Source: Octopus vulgaris
Lineage: Eukaryota
Reading direction: 5' to 3'
Assembly: GCA_951406725.2 (NCBI GenBank)
Contig: OX597815.1
Coordinates: 71,672,001 to 71,736,000 of the forward strand
DNA length: 64,000 nt
The notes under the pieces were generated by a model, which did not search any database, was not told the DNA's origin, and was given only the letters and a program-made list of their open reading frames with translations. Below, in pieces: positions 52,800 through 64,000 of the stretch. Every line of letters begins with the position of its first letter. The first letter of the stretch is position 1. Position numbers and translations under genes: made by a program.

Positions 52800-54465
52800 A
52801 GGTAATATATAAATGTAGTGTATATGTATATAAATATATGAATGAAGTGTTTAATATTTAAGAATGAAATGAAGAAAGTGCAACAATAATGTTCCAACTC
52901 AGTTAGCTTATGGAGTTCTTGTTTTTATAACTATCAAAAAGCAGCCAGCGGGATAGACATATTGTTGAGAATGAATGATTTCATTGGAGATCTGTTATCT
53001 CCATTCCAGCCCCTGGTGGCCTAGAAGAGGTTAGAAGGGTCAAGTGGCAAAGACATTATTCTGCTTAGCGAAGGCATCTGGGAAATGTATCACTGCTGTC
53101 ATTCACAGAAAAACTATTGTTTTACCACAAGAAAAGTGCTGTTGAAATGTTAAGTGAAATCTGGCAATCGAGGATCGAATCCACGCTATGCCTGCATGAA
53201 GCCACTACAAATACGTTGTGGAATAAAAAAAATTATCTACTGTCATGGAAAAAGTGTAACTGCATAAACGCAGTTTATTGGAGTAATGGGTATTCAAAAG
53301 AGTATGTATGTATAGAAATGTATGAATGAAGTCTTTAATGTTTAAGATTCAAATCAAGGAAGTGCAATAATAATGTTTAGCAGTTCAAAACTGTGAGTCA
53401 TGATATGCAGAATTAGGTTGGCTGTTCGTGAGAATCAAATATTGATCACTTCACTAAAAACTGCAGGTAGTATGGGTTATTTCCTTTGGGTTGTTTAAAT
53501 AAAATATTAGTAATATGTAGTAGGTAGAAGGATCCTTTGGAGGGACCCTATTATCGATTTTTTTCAACAATCTAAGTATGTCACGAGGTTTCCAGTTATG
53601 AGTTCTACTCATGTATTAAATAAAATATAAAAGTTGTATTGTCTGCAATAAATTAGAAATAGGACACACAAAATATCAATATTGAAAGTAATCGGACATA
53701 AACAATGAAATGAGTTATTTCCCTTGAGTGTTTAAAAAAATATATCGTACAATGAAACCTGTATAATATTTCTAAATTCAGTGGCTCAATTAGTTTCATG
53801 AAAATGGTGTATGAACTGTAAATAAGCAATAGATATTATGATTTGTAAAATAAGTATAAGTGATGCAGGGTGTCCCAACTGAATGTGGCGTGGTTGTTTG
53901 GTTTCATTTTTTTTTAAATTTTAAGCATTCAAAGTATCAGTTCATTATATTGGGACACACTTATATACGTTCTGGAATCAAAAATTTATGTACTGTCATC
54001 AAAAAATTTTAACTGGAAAAATGCAGAACTATTGGAGTTATGGGCATTGAAAGTGTACATGCATCAAGAAAGTGCAATAATAAGGATTAGCAGTTGAAAA
54101 CTGTGAGTAGTGAAATGCAGAATTAGGTCCACTGGTTGTGTGAATCAAATATTGATCGCTTCACTAAAAACTAACAACTGTAAGTGCAAGTGGTATAGGT
54201 TATTTCCCTTGTGTTAAAAAATATTGTGCAGGTGCTATGGGTTATTTCTCTTGAGTGTTTAAAAAATTAGTTATATGAAGTAGATATAAAGATCCCTTCC
54301 AGGGCCCATATTATCAAGTTTTTTAACGATCTAAGTGTGTCACAAGGTTTCCAGACATGAGTTCTACTCACGTGTCAAGTTTCATCAAAATCAATAAAAC
54401 GATGTAGGAGTTAGCTAACAACGCCACAAACAAACACACACCAGTTTTCCAAATATGTAGTAGAT
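52800..54465 (+). mobile_element. Helitron/Helentron-like element with internal ~300-bp direct repeats
   Basis: 53353-53612 resembles 54064-54372. The end aagtttcatcaaaatc..acaaacaaacac..atgtagtagat is a DINE-1/HINE-like terminus. A small CAGGGTGTCCCAA..TTGGGACAC MITE lies at ~53866-53962. Confidence 0.65.
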
Positions 54466-54495
54466 ATATATCTATATATACACATACATATATGC

Positions 54496-54528
<33 letters not shown>

Positions 54529-54630
54529 TATATGCATATATATATATACATATATATACACACATATGTGCATATATATATGCACACACACACACATGTG
54601 CACATACATATATATATATCTGTTTGTGTG

Positions 54631-54676
<46 letters not shown>

Positions 54677-55429
54677 CATATATATATATATTCATATATA
54701 TATATTCATTCATTCATTCACACACATGTACATGCATATATTCTTTTGATTATCTGAAAAAAGGTAGCCATTATTTTAACACATTTCTTTAATTATGTAT
54801 CTTCAACATTGAATCACACACACACATACATATGCATATAATTAAACAAAATACTATACATACAATTACTCACACATCCAACTCGTCAAAGACACATGCA
54901 GCTGTGTATCATAGCTATGTTTGTTACGCTAAGTCAGTGCTCACCTACTTAAATATAGCGAGCCAAAGCAATTTTAATTAATTAAGACTATTGCCGATGA
55001 GAAGAGAGCAGAGAAAAGTACAATAAACCCATTAGCTTAATGATTAATTCTGGTTCAAAATGGCAGGGGAGACAATTCTGAAATTTAAATTAATTACAAT
55101 TGAATGTGGGAGATAATATTTCAATGAATAAACTTTGCTAGGCTTGGCAACTTTAAAAAAAATGACCAGGGGAAGATTAATTTGAGGGGCCTTTTTTTAT
55201 TGTTTTGTTATAGTAAAATTTCAAAGCAAAGATCATATTTATATACTTAATGAATTTTAGTCACACAGATCAACCCCGTGCATCTTTTTGTGCATCTTTT
55301 TATTTTTTTTTAAGCCTGGTACCTATTTCTATCAGTCATTTTTGCTGAACTACTAAGATGCTAGGACATAAACAAACCAACACCGGTTGTCAAACAGTAA
55401 GATGTACAAAAACAAAAATACACACATAT

Positions 55430-55478
<49 letters not shown>

Positions 55479-57455
55479 GCAGGCTTCCACACAGTTTCTG
55501 TCAACCAAATTCATTCACAATGCTTTGGTTAGCCCAGGGCTATAATAGAAGACACTTGTCCAAGGTGCAGCACAGTGGGACTGAACCCAAAACTATATGG
55601 TTGCAAATCAAGTTTCTTAACCACATAACCATGCCTAATGAAAACTATTTAAATTAATTAAAATTACATGAGGTAATAAGAGAAAAAAACAGAAGCTTAA
55701 TGCTCATCTTGTTTCAGTTTAGGTGACAAAGTCGTCTCCCTTATCTTCGTCTGGATTTCATCATTAAATTTGATGTTCTGCTGCTCTTTATATTTGTAAA
55801 GAAAAATCATTGTTATGGCACACACAGCAACATGTGTCCATAGCAAATTGATCAATGGAGGCAAGTGATTGTATTTTTTATACTGTTATTTTTTTTAGCT
55901 GTTTCACTCATCAGACTGCAGCCATGCTGGAGCACCACCTTGTAGGATTTAGTTGAAAAGCGCAACCCCTACACATATTTTAGGTTGATACTTGGTCTCA
56001 TTTTGACAACCTGCTAACTTACAAGAGATAAACAAACCCACAGATATCAAGCAGTGGGGGGAACAAATATTCAAACACTCACACACACACATACATGATG
56101 GGCTTCTTTCAGTTTCTGTCTATCAAATTTACTCATAAGCTTTCAGTTGACCTGAGGCTATAGTAAAAGACACTTGCTGAAGGTGTCATGCAGTGGGACT
56201 GAACCCAGAACCATGTGGTTGGAAAGCAAGCTTCTTACCACACAGCCATGCCAGCATTTAATAAAAAAATGCATTAAATTTGATAGAGTAATCTGAATGC
56301 TAAAGGGTTAAGAACTCTGGTTCTCTTTCTCCCAGAAATTGAGAGCTTTTCATTAGCAGTTTCATTAGCAGATTTGCCCACAAATCCTCTCATACTCACT
56401 TCTCTGTTATATCCTTCACACAAAAGTGAACTTGAAATGGAATTGAAGTTGTTTGGGTCTCTTGAAGAAATAGATGTTGACATACCATACAAACATTATA
56501 ACTAATCAATTATTCAAATATCAGATTACATCCCCCGAACACACCCACCCACATACTACTAATACTATTACCACCACCACCACCACTTCTACTAATACTA
56601 GTGCTTATTACCTTTAATCTTCATAGATGTGTTTGCAGTTCAGTTTCTTTGGAAACCATTCCATTAAATCATTGATATTAAATCCCAGAGTTAATCCTTT
56701 GCCTCAAACCATGCACCCTGTTTACTCAGTTAGTCACGATGGTTCACATCTCTCACTTGCAGTTGCAATGATTTCTTCACATTGCAGTATTAACCTTTTC
56801 CATATCAACCTGTCTGGGACCACACCCTGGTCCAGTGATTCAAACTTTCCTATTTGAAAGTAATCTAAGCTTAAAACCTTCCATCACAATTTTGTGTCAA
56901 TTCATACTCCAAGCCAGATTAATAGTGTTATATATGTAATGCTCACGTTGTGTTACATTGTGTTACCTATGTTATAACTCATGTTATATCATGTTACATA
57001 AGTACTGCTTACCTATCTACTGCTTCTGCAATATTGTGTTGCACATGTAATACTCATGTTACATTGTGTACTAAAACAGAAAGACGTACACACACACTCG
57101 CATATATGTATATAAAAGCACATACATTCATATATATATATTTATACACACACACACAAATACACACGCACATAGACATGCATACACATACATACATATA
57201 GACATGCATACATATTTATATGCATATATATATACACATACATATCTTTTTTTATCCCTTTTATTTGTTTCAATCATTAGACTGTGACCATGCTGGTGCA
57301 CCACCTTGAATTCTTAGTCAAATAAATCAACCTAGTACTTTTTTATTCATTTATTTATTTTTTAAACCTGATGCTTACTCTTTCGGTCCCTTTGCCAAAT
57401 CACCAATACCAGTTGTCAAATAGTGGTGAGAACAAACACAGACATAAAGACACAT

Positions 57456-57505
<50 letters not shown>

Positions 57506-58003
57506 GACAAGCTTCTTTCAGTTTCTGTCTACCAAATCCATTCACAAGGCTTTGGTTGGCCTGAAGCTGTAGTAAAAGACATTTGCCCAAGGTGTCATGC
57601 AGTGGAACTGAATGTTGAATCATGTTGGGAAGTAAGCTTTTTAACCACACGTCCACACCTGTGCTTATACACATAGCTCAGTGGTGTGAGTATCAGGCTC
57701 TCAAATGATGAGGTAGTAAGTTCAGTTCCCAGACTGGGCTCTGTGTTGTGTTCTTGAGCATAACACTTTATTTCACATTGCCTCAATTCACTCAGCTGTA
57801 GAAATGAGTTGCAACATCACTGGTATCAGCCTTTGCCTTTCCCTTGAATTACAAGATAACATCAGTGACATGGAGAGGGGAGGCTGGTATGCATAAGTGA
57901 CTGCTGGTCTTCCATAAACAACCTTGCCCGGACTTGTGCCTAGGAGGGGAACTTTCTAGGTGCAATCCCACGGTCATTCATGACTGAAGGGGGTTTTTAC
58001 CCT

Positions 58004-58041
<38 letters not shown>

Positions 58042-58395
58042 CACTCACACACTATACATATGCATACTCTCACGCAGACACAGATCTGATGTGGTTGTGC
58101 ACAGTTTCCCAATGCCAATTTCTCTCACAGTGCATTAGCTGTCCTGGAGATATGGCAGAAGACCATAACCCTAACCCAAGTTGTTGCACAGTAGGACTGA
58201 AGCTGAATCTTTTCAACTGTGCACCCACATTTGTACCTGATAAAATACATGATACAAAATTCATTTGAAGTAACTGTTGCAATAACTCACAGTTCTAAGG
58301 TATGTTTTCCATAGAGAACAGCTTGAGAATAGCTGGGCTTCATCTTGCTGACTTATTCTTGCTATTTGATAGAAAAAGCACTTTTCAAATATTGT

Positions 58396-58426
<31 letters not shown>

Positions 58427-60478
58427 GGCATGGCTGTGTGGTAAGAAGTTTGCTTCCTAACCACATGATTACAGGTTTAGTTTCACTGCAGGACACTTTG
58501 AGCAAGTGTCTTTTACTATAGCCTCAGGTCAACCAAAGACTTGTGAGTGGATTTGGTGGATGGAAACTGAAAGAAGCCCATCTTGTGTATGTGTCTTTGT
58601 GTCTGTGTTTGTCTCCCACCCCACTTAACAACTGGTGTTGGTGTGTTTATGTCCCCTTAACTTAGTGGTTTGGCAAAAGAGATCAATAGAATAAGTGCCA
58701 AGCTTAAAAGTGCAAGCCCTGGAGGGTCTGTTTGTTGACTAATATCCTCAAGGTGGTGCCCCCAGCATGGCTACAGTCAAATGACGGAAACAAGTAAAAG
58801 AAACATCCATTTTCAATGCTGGCATGGGTTGGATAGTTTGACAGGATTCAGCTAAAGGGCTGCATTGTGCCCCTTACAGTATGTGCCAGGTGTCTTTTTG
58901 TGCCACCTGCACTAGTGTGGTCACCAAATAACTTGCAAGATAAAAAAAATAAAAAGTAAAGGAGAAAGCTCCCTAAGCTAAGTGGAGGTGAGTATTTGAG
59001 AGTGAAGACAGGTGGCTTTATGTCAAGTGATAGGCTGTTGAAGTGTAAGAGTGGAGCACACACACAGGTGTCTTACTAAATTGAAGAAGCATGACTACTC
59101 AGCATTTGGAATTCCAATAACTATTAAATTCTTTCTCCCCCTCTTTGTTTAATAACTGTATGTTTCTACCCTCTTCAGTGTTTCTTTACACATTTTGTAT
59201 TCACTGAAATCGTCATCTTTCAACTGTTCTTCAAATGACATAAAATATTTATTCCATTTGTTTCAACTTTGTCAGGACACAGTCATCACTGTGTTATGAT
59301 AGAAACAATCTACAACTCTTCTGCGTGTTTTACTTGGTATAACCAAAGTATTTTATAAGAGTGCTTAACAACAAATATTATAAATCAAGTATTGGATCAA
59401 CAGATTAAACATTGTAACCTAAGCAGTAAAAGTACATGTAAGAATATCGTTTGTTTATTTAACAGCTGTGAAATATCAGTCTTATCATAAACCATATCTT
59501 GATGTTGAGCTTGGCACTATTATAAAGTCTACAATAAACTCTATGGTATTGGGGAGACTTCATAGGCTGTACTATGAAGGGACTTGTTCTGCTATAATCA
59601 TCATCATCATTTAACCTTTATGAGGGTATGTGTAGCCAAAAAGACTGAATTTTTTTTCCTTTTAAGATACATCTACTGAAAGATGATCTCTGATTAGCTA
59701 TTACACTCCAAAACCAACCATTCACAACATGTGTTCCATTGGGCTAATGGATTGGCCTCACAGTCCTTTCAGCTTGTATTGCTTGGACTGATCAATCGGC
59801 CTGGGTATCCCAAAGGGGTTAATATTAACATTCCATGCTGGCATGGGTTGGATGGTTTGATAGGATCTGATGGGCCAAGATCTGCATTGTGGTCTGTTGT
59901 CTTCCATGTTATGTTTTCTACAGCTAGATACCTTTCCTAAAGCCAACCACTTTACAGCATATACTAGGTGCTTTTTTTTCCATTCCACCAATACTAATGA
60001 GGTCACCAAACAGCTCAACTATAAAGTCTATTATATACTATATCTTAATGGTGGGACTTATTCTATCATAAAGTCTGTTTTACAATATATATTGATGGTG
60101 GGATCTGTCCAATTGCAATATCCATTATAAATTATACCTTGATATATTTACAGTTGGGACCTGCTCTATTGTAACATCTGTGGCATGAAAAAGCACAATT
60201 GTAAACACAACTCTACCCTTCATCAGCTGTTGACTGAAGATCAGTATAGTCTTGGTTCTTTAACAACAGGATCACTTGCTTCAGAATACCAGTAGCTTTA
60301 TACAACAAATGCTACATAGAGTGGTGGGTGGGATTGTGTAGTTTAGACAGGGCAATACAAAATGAATGGGATACATGAGACAAGACTAAAAGTATATGAA
60401 AATAAATGAAAATGTTATAATGTATATATAAAAATTAAAAATTGTATAATACAGCAGCATTTTCGAACTTCATTTTTT

Positions 60479-60510
<32 letters not shown>

Positions 60511-61259
60511 CATCGTCTTCATCATTTAATGCCTGTTTTCCATGTTGGCATGAGTTGGACAGTTTGACTGAAAACTGGAAAGCTGGGTAGCTGCACCAGG
60601 TTCTGATATGATTTGGCAATGGTTCTACAGCTGGATTCCCTTCTTAATATATGTGTGTGTGTGTGTAGATATAGATTGATAGATAACTGTACTACAAGTC
60701 TTTATTCAACTACTGTTTATTAAAACAACATATTCAAAGGATTCAGAGGGTATATCATTCATACATAAGTTTCCCCACTTACCCAATACTTCTCCAACCT
60801 TTTTGCTGTGGAACCTTACCATTCACTGATTCCCTCAATCATTAAAGACATTTCTTTATATCTCTTCTTTTGCTCTCTCCCCCCTCTTACCTTCTTGCCA
60901 TTTCTTCCTCTGTCTTGTATATCTTTATTTTTGATTCTCTCTCTCTCTCTCTCCCCACTAGATGTGTAGCCTAGTAGTTAGGTTGTAGGATGTTACACTC
61001 AAGATCAAAAGATGATGATTTCAATTCCTGTACCAGGTGGTGCATTGTGTTCATGAAACAAAACATTTCATTTCTTGTTGCTCCTGTCTGCAAAGCTGTA
61101 AACAAGTTTCAAGCATAGCTGGGAAGTTAATCTCATGACAGACTAGCATCCCATTCAGGAGAAGAGTGTTGTAATGACAATCCCTTATACACTAGGGAAA
61201 CCAGGTTAAAGCGCTGTCCTTATGAGTCTTAGTGCTTATGATAGACCTAAGCCTTCGCC

Positions 61260-61605
61260 CAGTGGTTCTCAACCAGAGGCACATGGTCCCTGAGGGTGTA
61301 TATAAGATTTTTGGGGTTCGACACAGCATAATAGTAAATTCAGGATTCACAATAGTATTTTAAGGGCTCCTGAAAAAATTTTGCTTTAGATGTATGTATC
61401 AGTATTTATTGCAAGAAGCAGCTTGGTTTTCTCCTCCAACATTTTACATAGTTCACCCTCCACAAGTTGTGTATGAAAAACAAAATAGGAATTTTGAAAG
61501 AAGTTTCTATAAAGCTAGTTTTTAAACACCAAATGGCTATGGGTGGATCCACCAGAATGAAATAGTAATTAAAGGGGTCCATAGGTAAGAAACGGTTGAG
61601 AAACC
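61260..61605. mobile_element. hAT-type MITE
   Basis: CAGTGGTTCTCAACC...GGTTGAGAA termini; related to 27238-27468. Confidence 0.75.
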
Positions 61606-61669
61606 TTACCTGAACCACTTCTCTCATTTGCCTCGCATACTATTGTGAATCCTCTCTTCTCTCCTAGCT

Positions 61670-61714
<45 letters not shown>

Positions 61715-62141
61715 ATATTTATTTCTCTCTCCTCTCCTTCTTCTCTTATACACTTTCTCTCACTCCCTTTTCAACAATATCTTCCTCCTCCTTTCTTATC
61801 CCTCTTTCTTCTCTCCAGGTCTTTCATGATTTTATTTTCTCTCCTCCTATTCACCTGTACTACCAACTTTTATCTCTTCCCAAGCTCCCATTGTTAAAAG
61901 ATATTCATATTGTACCCCTTTTCTTCCTCTCTCTCTTTCTCCCTTTCATTCATCATGTTGTTTTATAAACTAATTATGGCTACAAATTGAAATAGTGTTA
62001 ATTAGCCATGACCCTCATTACTGTTTTACATTTGAATTGCTACACCTGACCCATTAACTCCTATTGTCATTTAGTAACCAAATGCTAGCAGCCTTGATTT
62101 TTTTATCTTTAGTCATTATTAATATTATAATAGTTTTGTAC

Positions 62142-62178
<37 letters not shown>

Positions 62179-62259
62179 CATCATTAATAATTTTATTGTG
62201 ATGTTTGCTATTATTACTAATTAATGTACTACTTATCTTTTGTCATGACATTAATCCAT

Positions 62260-62805
62260 TATACCACTGCTGTTGAAACCAGCAGTACTTCTCTACAAAT
62301 ACCACTAAAACTACTGACAGCACAAACACCACTATCAATTAAACATCATCACTACCCGACATGTACTAACATTAGACACCACCAACAACACTACAACCAA
62401 TACAATCAGTGTCACCAACAACAATACCAGCACAAAATCTATCCAGACTACCCCCACAAACACTACTGCCAATTAAACGCTATCACTTCCCCAAAAGCAC
62501 CAACACTTATTGCAACACCTACACAAACACCATTACTGTGACAACCACCAATGTGAACGCTACTACCACTACCACTACAGTAAACATAAAACACAACCAG
62601 TGGAATCATCACTAACATAACCACCAACACAAACATCATCACTGTGACAACCACCAACGCAATCACCACTACTACATTCATCAGTATAAACACTACCAAC
62701 ACTACCATTGGCATCAACACTACCACCAATAATAATAACATCACAACTATGACCACCAACACGGACACAAGCACTACTACCATAACCACCACCATCAACA
62801 CTATT
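62260..62805. repeat. Degenerate (ACC/ACT/AAC)n trinucleotide low-complexity tract
   Basis: Thr/His/Gln-rich reading in shifting frames. Confidence 0.8.
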
Positions 62806-63209
62806 TAAAGGAAAAAAGGAAAGGAAAATATTTCTAAGAATTATTTTAGTCAAATAGTTTTTTTTTTTGTTTTTTCATTTCATTTAATTGTAAAACCATT
62901 AATAGTTTCTAATCAATCAGTTTAAGTTCGTTACTGATGCGAGGAGTCTGAACGATTGCAATTACAATTACACGGAAACCTTCTTTTGGTTAATTTGTAA
63001 TTACATATTTCATTTAATTATAAAACTTGTTGTGTTACTTAGTTTTTGGTTTCAGGTTAACTCACTTCTTATGAGAAGGCAGGAAAACTGTTGAAAGATA
63101 TGTTTGAGACAAGGAGATTGTTTTTGTTGTTAGCATTTGAAGATTGATACTTTTACACGGCTAAACAAATGGGGTAAAATACCAATAATAATGATAACCA
63201 TAATAATAA

Positions 63210-64000
63210 TCTTTTCTACTATAGGCACAAGGCCTGAAATTTTGGGGGAAGGGGGCTAGTCGATCACATCAGCCCCAGGGCATAACTGGTACTTACTTCA
63301 TTGACTTTGAAAGGATGAAAGGCAAAGTTGACTTTGGCAGAATTTGAACTTAGAATGTAAGGGCAAATGAGATGAAAAATAATAATATTAATTATAATAA
63401 TAATAATAATAAAGATGATGATGATGATAATAATAATAATAATCATAATGATCATGATAATAATGATGATGATAAGGATAATAATGATGATGATGATACT
63501 CCTTTCTACTAAAGGCACAAGGCCTGAAATTTGGTGGGAGGGAACTAGTTTATTACATCAACCCCAGTGTTTATCAGGAGGGTTCTAAGCACTTGAGAGA
63601 CTATTGAAAGCTTGTGAATATCTAAGGTTACAGGTAGTAACTCACTACCCCCATAAACCCTACCAGGGATAAGACCAAGCCTGAGTCAAATCAATAATAA
63701 CAATAATAATTTCAAATGTTGGCACAAGGCCAGCAATTTTGGGGGAGGAGATAAGTCAATTACAGTGACCCTAGTGCTCAACTGGTACTTATTTTATCAA
63801 CCCCAAAAGGATGAAAGATGAAGTCAACCTGAGTGGAATTTGAACTCAGATCGTAAAGATAGATGTAATGCCATCAAGCATTTTCTCCACCATGCTAACA
63901 ATTCTGCCAGCTCACCACCTTATATAACAATAATGATGATAATAATAATCTTTCTAATATAAGCATAAAGCCTGAAATTTGAGGTGGGGGAGGGCTTGTC
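63210..64000 (-). mobile_element. Tandem cluster of SINE family M copies in (AAT)n tracts
   Basis: Four starts (ggcacaaggcc/gcataaagcc..aattt) at ~63223, 63514, 63721 and 63962, separated by AAT/GAT repeats. Confidence 0.85.

Noticed and set aside
62224-62853. Mucin-like Thr-rich ORFs
   Set aside because: The Thr frame is broken by frameshifts and lacks a signal peptide and clear splice sites; it is a degenerate trinucleotide repeat.

Overview
AT-rich, microsatellite-dense eukaryotic DNA. The repeat families suggest an octopus-like coleoid cephalopod, but this is inferred from recognition and not confirmed. I found no complete protein-coding gene. Most ORFs in the track are translations of (TA)n/(CA)n/(CT)n tracts or SINE bodies. 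The window is a transposable-element mosaic, probably intronic or intergenic. Retroelements: a young 5'-truncated RTE LINE with an uninterrupted ~404-codon ORF running off the left edge, old RTE ends, a Dong/R4 LINE in a (TAA)n tract, an L1/Tx1 fragment, a Penelope GIY-YIG remnant and at least three tRNA-derived SINE families. DNA elements: Tc1 and mariner relics, Helitron/Helentron-like elements, and piggyBac-type and hAT-type MITEs. The most interesting signal is a set of type-I hammerhead ribozyme motifs in sequence-unrelated, (TA)n-flanked Penelope-like repeats, including an inverted pair with one intact core at 34217-34278. One plausible host first coding exon lies at 6490-6745. Repeat boundaries were read by eye and are approximate unless exact motifs are quoted.
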